Assembly (NCBI GenBank): GCA_965651325.1 | Contig: CBFGSB010000001.1 | Coordinates: forward strand, 1,138-65,137 | Reading direction: 5' to 3' | Source: an uncultured Chromatiales bacterium | GTDB lineage: Bacteria; Pseudomonadota; Gammaproteobacteria; Steroidobacterales; Woeseiaceae | DNA: 64,000 nucleotides | In this document: positions 56,540-64,000 of the stretch, one piece after another | Numbering within the stretch: the first letter of the stretch is position 1 | How the letters are laid out: the number at the start of each line of letters is the position of its first letter | Notes under the pieces: model-generated | Database searches by the model: none | Told to the model about the DNA's origin: nothing | The model's input: the letters and a program-made list of their open reading frames with translations, nothing else | Made by a program: the position numbers and the translations under genes

Positions 56540-57358
56540 TCAGAAGCGGACCCGCCAGCTCACGAGTGCCCCGTCCGGGGTCGTGGCGAGGTGCACGCCG
56601 GCTCCCGAATCGCCCGTCCCCAGGAAGGCATCGTTCACGAAGGCCGCGATGAAGTTCCCCAGCGCGATACCGACCAGCGTGTCCGACGGGAAGTGCTCTC
56701 CCGATTCCACGCGCGCCCACGCCGTGGCGAACGTGATGCCGTCCAGCCCGAGACTCAGGGCGTGCCGCGTGCGATCGCCCGTCTCGAGGTAGCGCAGGTT
56801 TCGTGACGTCAACCGTGCGAACGCCGCGGTGGTCGAGGCGTGACCCGAGGGAAAACTGTCCTCGTCCGATGCATCCGGGCGCTGCCGCCCGACGCTGGTC
56901 TTCAGCTGCTGCGTAGCCAAAGCAGTTGCGCCGACGGCGGTGATGCCGACCAGGTAGCCTTTCGCCTTGTTCCCGAACCAACTTGCCCGGTCTTCGCCAC
57001 TCGGCGTGGCGAGCACGCTCGCATGATAGGCAAGAGCCGACGCCACCCGCAGGCCATCGCTCCAGTCATCGGCATTCCGGGGCGAGCCGAACACCGGCGT
57101 GTGGTCGACGGCCCACTCGGAGATCTGCTCGTCCATGTCGTCGATTTGCAGCACCCCGGCGCCGACGGCGGGAATCCATACCCGCGGATCGCGAACGGCT
57201 TCGATGGCCGAGTACCGGATGCGGTCCCAGCCGGGCCGGTACGTCGCGTCCTCTCCCCAGCGATGCCCATCCGGAAGCGACGAGCACCCGCTGACAAGGA
57301 ACACCGCCAGCAGCACGAACGTCGAGCGGGATGAGCGGAACAGGTGATCAGCGGCCAT
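56540..57358 (-). CDS. PAP2-family (acid phosphatase / lipid phosphate phosphatase) lipoprotein
   Basis: Lipobox LVSGCSS. PAP2 motifs KTSVGRQRPD, PSGHAS and ARVESGEHFPSD. Confidence 0.8.
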   Translation of the reverse strand: MAADHLFRSSRSTFVLLAVFLVSGCSSLPDGHRWGEDATYRPGWDRIRYSAIEAVRDPRVWIPAVGAGVLQIDDMDEQISEWAVDHTPVFGSPRNADDWSDGLRVASALAYHASVLATPSGEDRASWFGNKAKGYLVGITAVGATALATQQLKTSVGRQRPDASDEDSFPSGHASTTAAFARLTSRNLRYLETGDRTRHALSLGLDGITFATAWARVESGEHFPSDTLVGIALGNFIAAFVNDAFLGTGDSGAGVHLATTPDGALVSWRVRF

Positions 57359-57468
57359 GCCGTGCAGTCTAGCAGCCGATGGCACTCAATCCGCTTCGTC
57401 GGCTTACCGCAAACTGCTGCAAGAGCAGGGCAGCTACGACAACCGGTAAATGGCCAGCGGCGCAGGGC

Positions 57469-57921
57469 TTATTCGCCGATGTCCTCGTTCCACAGCGCGG
57501 GGTTTTTCTCGATGAATTCCTGCATGAGCGTATAGCACTCGGCATCATCCAGAAGGTCGAGCCGCACGCCGCGCGCACGGAGATGATCCTCGGGGCCTTG
57601 GAAGGTACGGTTCTCCCCGATGACCACTCGCGGAATGCCGTACAGCAGAACGGCGCCGCTACACATGTCGCAGGGTGACAGCGTGGAGAACAGCACGGAC
57701 CGGCGGTAGTCAGCTGCCGTAAGCCGTCCGGCGTTCTCGAGGCAGTCCATCTCCGCGTGCAGGGTAGCGCTTCCCCGCTGCACGCGACGATTGTGACCCC
57801 GGCCGACAACCTTGCCGTCGACCAGGAGCGCGGAGCCGATGGGAATGCCGCCCTCCGCGAGACCCTGCCGGGCTTCCTCGATCGCGATGGCCATGTGCCT
57901 GTTGAGCTCATCGTCGTTCAT
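57469..57921 (-). CDS. Zinc-dependent cytosine deaminase of the CDA-fold (yeast FCY1-like) type
   Basis: HAE zinc motif (TLHAEMDCL), PCDMC motif, and the C-terminus MQEFIEKNPALWNEDIGE resembles my memory of the FCY1 C-terminus (...FIDERPQDWFEDIGE). The track ORF is over-extended; ATG at 57921 used. Confidence 0.75.
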   Translation of the reverse strand: MNDDELNRHMAIAIEEARQGLAEGGIPIGSALLVDGKVVGRGHNRRVQRGSATLHAEMDCLENAGRLTAADYRRSVLFSTLSPCDMCSGAVLLYGIPRVVIGENRTFQGPEDHLRARGVRLDLLDDAECYTLMQEFIEKNPALWNEDIGE

Positions 57922-58099
57922 ACGCTGTTCACCCGCTTCCACTTCCGAGTCGTGTCGATTGCAATGGTAGCCAAGGAGAGCCTCCTGGTGGCGACCCTGC
58001 CGCGGAAGGTGGCCGCAGTCGTGGCCGACGAATGGCGCGCTTCTTGCAGCGGCTGGCAACCGGCGCTGGACGCCGCGGCGCCGCATCGAGGAGAGTGAT

Positions 58100-58861
58100 A
58101 TGCGAACCTGGTTATGCGCTTCGGCGATCCTTTTCATGTACGCGCCGGCAGCCTGGCCGCAGGATGCCGGTCCCGGGGTTTCCCCACCCGGGGCGAAGAA
58201 GACGGCGAAAACCCGGGCACTCGAGACCGGCGCCCGGATGCTGCAGGGCAATTCACCGCCGGAGCAGATGTCCGTGTACCTGGTTGGCTTCCACCCGATG
58301 AAGGCCGCACCCGAGCACCAGATGGAGTCACATCACTTTTGCCGGCAGGTCAATCAGGATTTTGCGCAATGCGCTCTCTTCGACGGGAACACCGCGGATG
58401 CCAACCTCCACGGTATCGAATACATCATCTCGGAGAAACTTTTTGAACAGCTCCCGCCGGACGAACGCCGGTTCTGGCACCCGCACAATTTCGAGATCCT
58501 GTCCGGGCAGCTCGTTGCCCCGGGCATTCCACAGGTCGCCGAGCAGGAGTTGATGCAGGAAAAGATGAACTCCTACGGGAAGACGTGGCATGTCTGGAAC
58601 ACGGGATCGCATGGCATGAACGATGCCGATCGGCTGCCGTTCGGTGAACCCAGGCTGGCCTGGTCATTCAATCGCGACGGCGAAGCGCGGCCGGGCCTCG
58701 TCGCGAGAATGGAAGAGCGGGTCGGCGTCGACACCAAGGAGACGCGCGAGGCGCGCCAGGAGCTGGTTCCGCTCGCAAAACCCCAGCAAGGCGTGGATGC
58801 CATACGGAACAAATTCGGGCGGGAAACGACGCCGATCCCGGGGGTGGTGCCGGCGCAGTGA
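58100..58861 (+). CDS. DUF1264 (OBAP-like) domain protein, secreted
   Basis: VYLVGFHPMK...HHFCRQVNQDFAQCALFDG...LHGIEYIISEKLFEQLPPDERRFWHPHNFEI...YGKTWHVW matches the DUF1264 pattern. N-terminal signal-like segment. Confidence 0.7.
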   Translation: MRTWLCASAILFMYAPAAWPQDAGPGVSPPGAKKTAKTRALETGARMLQGNSPPEQMSVYLVGFHPMKAAPEHQMESHHFCRQVNQDFAQCALFDGNTADANLHGIEYIISEKLFEQLPPDERRFWHPHNFEILSGQLVAPGIPQVAEQELMQEKMNSYGKTWHVWNTGSHGMNDADRLPFGEPRLAWSFNRDGEARPGLVARMEERVGVDTKETREARQELVPLAKPQQGVDAIRNKFGRETTPIPGVVPAQ

Positions 58862-58983
58862 TCGAGCGCCAGCCGATGCCCGGACAGCGTCGAAAGGACA
58901 TCCGGCCCTGCACCGCGTTACTCAGGTCGGGCTTAGCAGGCTTGTTCGATGCACCGGCGGTCTCCCGACCGGCCAGCGCTTTC

Positions 58984-59042
58984 GGGATATCAGAAATTTG
59001 ATTGACGCCCACGCGCGAGACCGGCATTATTTCTGCTATCCC
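58984..59042 (+). promoter_or_regulatory. hipBA promoter bracketed by a 14-bp inverted repeat (candidate HipB operator)
   Basis: GGGATATCAGAAAT (58984-58997) versus ATTTCTGCTATCCC (59029-59042), 13 of 14 complementary. Between them: TTGACG (59002-59007), 17-nt spacer, CATTAT (59025-59030). The TATCC/GGATA half-sites resemble E. coli HipB operators. Confidence 0.5.
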
Positions 59043-59067
59043 GAAATACGATGCCCGGAGTCGCCAT

Positions 59068-59346
59068 ATGGGCTCGAGTTTCCAATATTCCGAAATTCCG
59101 GTCGATTCGCTGTCGGATCTTGGCCGGCTCATTCGCGAACAGCGTCGCGCCAGTGGACTGCGCATCGACGATGCCGCCGCCCTCTGCGGCGTTTCGGTCG
59201 ACCTGCTCTCAAGACTCGAGAACGGCCACTCAGGCGTAGGCACTGGTCGTCTGCTCAAGGTCCTCGACGGGCTGGGTCTCGCAATCGTGGTCGTCGATAA
59301 ATCCACGCTGGGCAACATGCCCACGGCCGATCCGACGGCTCAATGA
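59068..59346 (+). CDS. hipB: HipB-like XRE-family HTH antitoxin
   Basis: LGRLIREQRRASGLRIDDAAALCGVSVDLLSRLENG is an XRE/Cro HTH. Stop overlaps the hipA ATG (ATGA). Start taken at ATG 59068. Confidence 0.8.
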   Translation: MGSSFQYSEIPVDSLSDLGRLIREQRRASGLRIDDAAALCGVSVDLLSRLENGHSGVGTGRLLKVLDGLGLAIVVVDKSTLGNMPTADPTAQ

Positions 59347-60665
59347 GCCTGCACACGCTCGCGGTGCTCGATGGCAGCACGCGCGTCGGCACCTTGGAAT
59401 ACGAATCGCTCGAAGAGCGGTTCTCGTTCGTCTACGACCCCGGATGGACAGCAGCGGAGATGAGCTACTCGATCTCGCCGCATATCCCGATGTCCGGTGA
59501 ACCGGCCGCGACGGGCACGGTGCGGCGTTTCGTGGAGAACCTGCTGCCGGAGGGACGCGCGCTGGACATAGTATCGACAACGCATCAGGTTTCTAAGAAC
59601 AACATTTACGGACTGATCCGTGAGCTGGGGCGAGAGACATCGGGTGCCCTCTCCTTTCTACCCGATAGCTTGGCGTCTCAAGACCAAATCGACAAGCGGC
59701 GTGAAATCAAGCGCGAGGAACTCAAGGAACGCATCAAGCAGCGGGCGCAGATTCCGTTCGCGACCTGGGACGGACGCGTGCGCCTTTCGATCGCGGGCCA
59801 TCAGGATAAGCTGGCCGTATACCTCGATCTGCATGAAGGCCGCATGTACCTCGCCGAAGGTCGGCTTGCGTCGACGCATATTCTGAAGCCCGAACCCTTG
59901 GGAGATCGGCTGCCGATGTTAGTGGCCAATGAACACTACGCCATGAAGCTTGCTGCACGACTGGGGCTCGCGGTGCCTTTCGTTTCCATACTGCGCCTGC
60001 CGGACCCAGTGCTGTCGATCGAACGGTTTGACCGTATGCGCGAGGCCGATCACGTCCGTCGGCTCCACATCATAGACGCCTGCCAGGGGTTGAATTTCCC
60101 GGTGGCTTACAAATACGAGCGCAATCTCGGCGCCGGCCGCGACGTAAGCCATATCCGCGACGGCGTCAGCTTTGAACGACTGTTCTCCCTAAGCGAGTAT
60201 ACGGTGCGCAAGGCGGTCACCCGCCTGTCATTGCTGCGTTGGGCCTTGTTCCAGTACCTGATCGGCAATTCCGATGCGCACGGCAAGAATGTATCGTTCT
60301 TCTGCGGTCCGAACGGACTATCACTCGCACCCTTTTATGATCTCGTGAGCGTGGTTCAGTACGAGAATCTGCATCACGATATGGCAATGGGCTACGGCGA
60401 CGAGTTCCGGCTGAATGAAGTGAGCCCATTCGCGTGGGCGGACTTTGCGAACCGAACCGGCACGCCGCGGCCACTTTTGGAACGCGAGATGACCCGCATG
60501 GGCAAGGCCGCGCTTGAAGCGGCCCCGGCGCAAGCTGGCGCGGAAGACTATAGCGACGACGAGCGGCACTTCGTGGAGCGGATTTCCACCTTCGTTCAGG
60601 AGCAGGCACGAAAGCTGGTGGATGATGCGGCACCGATGCGGAAGGTCGATGCCGACTTGCTGTAG
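59343..60665 (+). CDS. hipA: HipA-family serine/threonine kinase toxin
   Basis: N-terminal coupling domain (LAVLDGSTRVGTLEY...FVYDPGW), SIAGHQDKLAV motif, catalytic IGNSDAHGKNVSFF. 440 aa, typical HipA length. Confidence 0.9.
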   Translation: MSLHTLAVLDGSTRVGTLEYESLEERFSFVYDPGWTAAEMSYSISPHIPMSGEPAATGTVRRFVENLLPEGRALDIVSTTHQVSKNNIYGLIRELGRETSGALSFLPDSLASQDQIDKRREIKREELKERIKQRAQIPFATWDGRVRLSIAGHQDKLAVYLDLHEGRMYLAEGRLASTHILKPEPLGDRLPMLVANEHYAMKLAARLGLAVPFVSILRLPDPVLSIERFDRMREADHVRRLHIIDACQGLNFPVAYKYERNLGAGRDVSHIRDGVSFERLFSLSEYTVRKAVTRLSLLRWALFQYLIGNSDAHGKNVSFFCGPNGLSLAPFYDLVSVVQYENLHHDMAMGYGDEFRLNEVSPFAWADFANRTGTPRPLLEREMTRMGKAALEAAPAQAGAEDYSDDERHFVERISTFVQEQARKLVDDAAPMRKVDADLL

Positions 60666-60746
60666 CATCCTTGGAGGGTCCGCAATCCTCTTCGCACCCG
60701 GATACGATCTAAAACCGTGTGTCCGGAATGGGCCATTTGTGAAATG

Positions 60747-60820
60747 CGCGCCCGGAGAGACTCGAACTCCCGACCACCTGGTTCGAAGCCAGGTACTCTA
60801 TCCAACTGAGCTACGGGCGC
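60747..60820 (-). tRNA. tRNA-Arg, anticodon UCG; CCA not encoded
   Basis: Reverse complement GCGCCCGTAGCTCAGTTGGATAGAGTACCTGGCTTCGAACCAGGTGGTCGGGAGTTCGAGTCTCTCCGGGCGCG folds by hand into a cloverleaf. Acceptor GCGCCCG/CGGGCGC; D stem GCTC/GAGT; anticodon stem CCTGG/CCAGG with loop CU-UCG-AA; T stem GGGAG/CTCTC with TTCGAGT loop. The genome reads CAT after the discriminator G. Confidence 0.85.
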
Positions 60821-61056
60821 TTTGCAGAGGGTGATTGTACCCGGAACGCACCCGGCATCTGCGCCGCTTGCCGGCGAAGTGCGCGATCGCGGCCAGCTGC
60901 AGCGAAATGCACCTTCGCGGCTGCGCGCGGCGAGCACGCCCGCGTGGCAAGCACAGGACCGAAATCACCCGCAATCCGTCGCTCAAGTCGTTTTACCACT
61001 CCGCAGCGAGCCGAATTGCGGCGGCAGGTACCCGGCAGCGTGGCGGACGACCCGGT

Positions 61057-61857
61057 TTACACCCAGTCGCTGAACTCGGCCAACTGGTTGGTCGCGTCCG
61101 CCGGCAGCTCGATTTCCCTCTCTCGCGAGTAGGCTGCAAGGAACTGGCTGGTCTGGTACAGGTTGAGCACGTGATCCTTGAGGCCGACAAGGACGCGGCC
61201 CGCGTCGCTCGCCTTGTCGAAGGCGTTGACCGCGCCGCCGACAGCTTTCGCAACATTGCCGATACCCAAACCGCCGAACCGGGACTTCGGTTTGGTGGTT
61301 TGCTCCACGACCTCACCGGTTTCGACCAGGTAGTCATCAATGGAGCGCAACAGCTGGCTGGTTGCGTATGCACCGGCCAGGTAGGCGGCGCTACCTTTAC
61401 CGAAGCGCTCGCGTTGCTCCGGCGTGAGTTCCTCGAGCTGTGCTGCAGCGGCCTCAATCTCCGCGTTTGCCTCGGCCGTGAGCGCACGCTGCTTCTTCAA
61501 CTGCCGCTTGCTCATGCTGGTGCCGCTTTTGAGCAATGCCATCTGCTCCCTGAGCTCGTCCGAAAGCTCCTTCAGCTCGAGCGCATCGGCGAGGCAGGCC
61601 TGGGAACGCGCCACCAGCGTACCCGCGATGGCGTAGTTCGTCAGCATTTGCTGACCTGACTCTTCCTTGCTGCCGTAGGTGAGCGAAGGGTAATAGTGGA
61701 CTTGCAGAAACTCGGCAACCTCGAGGTACTCGAGATTCTCGCAGCCCTCGCCGGCCATCACCGCATGACTGCTCCAGGATCCGGTCTGCGCTTGGACGGG
61801 GGAAACGAAAGCCGCGCTCGCAAGCAACGTGGCCACCAGCAACTTTGTTCCGTACAT
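61057..61857 (-). CDS. Hypothetical secreted protein with central coiled-coil-like region; no family recognised
   Basis: Signal peptide MYGTKLLVATLLASAAFVSPVQA. Helical heptad-like stretch LKELSDELREQMALLKSGTSMSKRQLKKQRALTAEANAEIEAAAAQLEELTPEQRERF. SD GAGGAG 6 nt upstream. Third gene of a same-strand set. Confidence 0.55.
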   Translation of the reverse strand: MYGTKLLVATLLASAAFVSPVQAQTGSWSSHAVMAGEGCENLEYLEVAEFLQVHYYPSLTYGSKEESGQQMLTNYAIAGTLVARSQACLADALELKELSDELREQMALLKSGTSMSKRQLKKQRALTAEANAEIEAAAAQLEELTPEQRERFGKGSAAYLAGAYATSQLLRSIDDYLVETGEVVEQTTKPKSRFGGLGIGNVAKAVGGAVNAFDKASDAGRVLVGLKDHVLNLYQTSQFLAAYSREREIELPADATNQLAEFSDWV

Positions 61858-61879
61858 GATTGCTCCTCGTATCGTGCTT

Positions 61880-62971
61880 TCAGCGAATGTCCCTGGCGCT
61901 CAGTTTTGCCACGAGCGCGCTCGCTGCGCGTCGCCCGGCCGCTTTCAGCGCGTTGTTCTTGGCGACGAGTTCGGTAGGTCCCTCGCCCAACATGGTTTCC
62001 GGGCCGACTCTCGCAACCGTGACGCCGCGCTGCAGCACGGAAAGTACCTCGCCGGTTACCACGACAGCCACGCGGTAATTGCCGGTCTTCTCGTCCAGCT
62101 CGCCGGCACCTACGTCCAGCGTGCCGATTGCCAGGTATTGGATTTCTTCATTCGTTCCGCGAAGCGCGGCAAGGCCGTTCAGGGCATCGCGCCTGGTGGC
62201 GGGGAGGATGTCATTGCCCGCCCGGTAGTCGTTGACGAACTGCTCGACGCTCAACTTGTAACCGGTTTGTTCTTCGACGAGGCCGGCGTCCACGATCAAA
62301 TAACGGGCGTCGGTGAAGACCTCGCCCACGGCCGCGTTGATCTCGTTCGAAGTCGTGACATCCCACAGCACCTGGTCCCGCATCACCCGCTCGGTCTTAC
62401 GCACCGATATCGTCTGCGCCTGCGTTTTCGTCTGTGCCGCCCGGTCTTCCTCGCGTTCCTTGCCGATCGCTTGTGTTTGCGACCGCTCCTGGGTAGCTTC
62501 CTTCTCGCTGCCAGACACGGTGCCCACCTGCTCACGGGCGACGAAGACGAACGTCATGAACGCACTCTCGTCCACTACGGCGCTGGACGGTCCCAGCAGG
62601 GTATCGAGCAGTTTCGGCTCGTTCAGAACGGCTCGCACCACAACCCTGTAACGACGTTGCGTCTTATCCTGGTCGTCGCTAATGACCTGGTATGACAGTA
62701 CGTAGTCATCGATATTGTCGTCTATCTCGGCCTTGACCCGGGAGTAGTTGGCGTAGTGGCTTTGCTGCTTTTCGGCAACCCAGGTTTCCACGGCGTTCCG
62801 CAGCGCCTGCTCCAGCGCCAGCTGGCGTTCGTCCCGGTTCAAGCTACGGCCGTAGTCGACGTCCGCGACACCCTTTTGCTCGAGCGCCAGGCCGGGTGAC
62901 GACCAGCCCACCGCCAGGGCGACCAGCAGCATGAGAGGCCCACGACGGGCTCGCTGTCTCTTGTCAGTCAT
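61880..62971 (-). CDS. Hypothetical secreted/periplasmic protein; no family recognised
   Basis: Signal peptide MTDKRQRARRGPLMLLVALAVGWSSPGLA. Charged Gln/Glu/Lys-rich linker (EKEATQERSQTQAIGKEREEDRAAQTKTQAQT) separating two mixed alpha/beta-looking halves. ATG 62971 overlaps the upstream stop by 8 nt. Confidence 0.55.
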   Translation of the reverse strand: MTDKRQRARRGPLMLLVALAVGWSSPGLALEQKGVADVDYGRSLNRDERQLALEQALRNAVETWVAEKQQSHYANYSRVKAEIDDNIDDYVLSYQVISDDQDKTQRRYRVVVRAVLNEPKLLDTLLGPSSAVVDESAFMTFVFVAREQVGTVSGSEKEATQERSQTQAIGKEREEDRAAQTKTQAQTISVRKTERVMRDQVLWDVTTSNEINAAVGEVFTDARYLIVDAGLVEEQTGYKLSVEQFVNDYRAGNDILPATRRDALNGLAALRGTNEEIQYLAIGTLDVGAGELDEKTGNYRVAVVVTGEVLSVLQRGVTVARVGPETMLGEGPTELVAKNNALKAAGRRAASALVAKLSARDIR

Positions 62972-64000
62972 GGAACAGCTCCTTGCTGTCATCGAATTGA
63001 GCGAAACTATTCTCATTGCGAGCGTGGCTCTTGTGCCAACTTCGCTGCGGATCCTTTAGCTGGTCCACGAGCTCGTCCAATAGCCCTTCGGCGGCATCCT
63101 CGTAGGCGCTCCAGTCGTCCGCTTCTATCCTGGCATGGGATGCAAGCTTGTAGATTCCGAGGCGGTAGTCGCCGTCGATCAGCACCGATTTGGTGAACGG
63201 TTCCTCGAGTACAAAGTGCGCCTGCGCGCCGAATATAAGCTGGTCTCCGGCGTTCTGCTTAACGAGGTTCCGGAACTCTACATGCAGGGCATAGTCCGGC
63301 TCGGGTAGTTCCAGGTTGAACGCCTCTCCATTTGCAAAGCGTCCCGGAAGCTGGTTGCCTATCGCGTAACCGCGTGTGAACGGAATCACGCTCACGCCGG
63401 TTCGCTCCGACAGGCGGGCGCTCAACCACTGACCGAGGTTCTGGCTGACCTGCCTTTCGCTGCGGTGAGCCGGCAGCAAATCGTGCAGGTTCTCATCAAG
63501 CGCCAGGGATTCCACCCTGAACCGCAGGCCGAAGCCGGCTCCTGGCTGGATTTGGAAAACACGCGCGGCGACCTGCGCCAGCAGGCCGGGAGCCTGGCCG
63601 TCGCCGTAGTACACGGTACGCGCCAGTTTCAGCGCCTCGGCTTCGAGGTCCGTGTCGCGGCCGTCAGCGACGACGTGATTGATTGCCGCGCTCACGGGAA
63701 CGTTGTCGATCAGTGTGCCGGCGGCCAGGTCGTAGAGCAGCACCTGCAGCGACACCTCGACGATGAGCTTGGTACGCAAACCGTGTTGGAACTCGAACGT
63801 TTCGCGGCTGATGCGCTCGCGGTCCACCGCGATGGCCAGCACCACCGTGTCGGTGCGGTTGAGGTCCCCGAGTGTGTAGCGCAGTTCCAGGTGCTCCGGT
63901 TCGGCGGCACGCAGAGCATGGGCTAGTGCCGCGTCCAACGCGCCCTGCCCCTCGTTCAGTTTGCGAGTCAGGGGATAGTTGGCGTCGACGTACTGAAAAT
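62964..64000 (-). CDS. Hypothetical protein, C-terminal 344 or more aa; reading frame stays open to the right window edge
   Basis: The track starts at a TTG (63938), but I translated the frame upstream (FQYVDANYPLTRKLNEGQGA-LDAALAHAL...) and found no stop before position 64000. No family recognised. Confidence 0.5.
   Translation of the reverse strand, partial: FQYVDANYPLTRKLNEGQGALDAALAHALRAAEPEHLELRYTLGDLNRTDTVVLAIAVDRERISRETFEFQHGLRTKLIVEVSLQVLLYDLAAGTLIDNVPVSAAINHVVADGRDTDLEAEALKLARTVYYGDGQAPGLLAQVAARVFQIQPGAGFGLRFRVESLALDENLHDLLPAHRSERQVSQNLGQWLSARLSERTGVSVIPFTRGYAIGNQLPGRFANGEAFNLELPEPDYALHVEFRNLVKQNAGDQLIFGAQAHFVLEEPFTKSVLIDGDYRLGIYKLASHARIEADDWSAYEDAAEGLLDELVDQLKDPQRSWHKSHARNENSFAQFDDSKELFHD

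Noticed and set aside
58862-61056. Possible integrative element or prophage remnant at the tRNA-Arg locus
   Set aside because: No integrase, excisionase, transposase or phage gene is present. I could not find a direct repeat of the tRNA 3' half by eye. Only the compositional shift and hipBA hint at horizontal acquisition, so I report it as a hypothesis rather than calling a mobile element.

Overview
High-GC chromosomal segment (by eye about two-thirds G+C), probably from a Gram-negative, likely gammaproteobacterial (Xanthomonadales/Nevskiales-like) organism; the taxon call is tentative. I support about 45 protein-coding genes, one tRNA-Arg(UCG) and several hairpin terminators. I see no rRNA, CRISPR array, transposase, integrase or phage genes. 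Most of the window encodes envelope and nutrient-scavenging functions: three TonB-dependent receptors, S9 and S46 peptidases, three beta-lactamase-fold hydrolases, an NlpC/P60 plus dipeptide-epimerase pair, an RND efflux pair, Lon with an Hsp20, lysA, azoR and a LysR regulator. Many long ORFs in the supplied track are antisense artefacts of the GC content and were rejected. Candidates for something not yet described, all unproven from sequence alone: (1) a redox-flavoured cluster at 14.5-24.5 kb with two regulators sharing a paralogous winged-helix domain (one STAND ATPase-TPR, one fused to an intact alpha/beta-hydrolase), two double-DUF4242 proteins and a translationally coupled OsmC-flavoprotein-DUF4242 operon. 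(2) A visibly lower-GC operon of at least three unrecognisable proteins, two with signal peptides, at the right edge beside the tRNA and a hipBA module. (3) Two secreted repeat proteins with GlyGly-CTERM-like tails but no rhombosortase in view. (4) A murein-peptide catabolic gene set beside a TonB-dependent receptor. (5) A strongly AT-rich leader with a palindrome and ATTGTG repeats upstream of a TonB receptor. Family assignments come from motif recognition by eye, not database searches.
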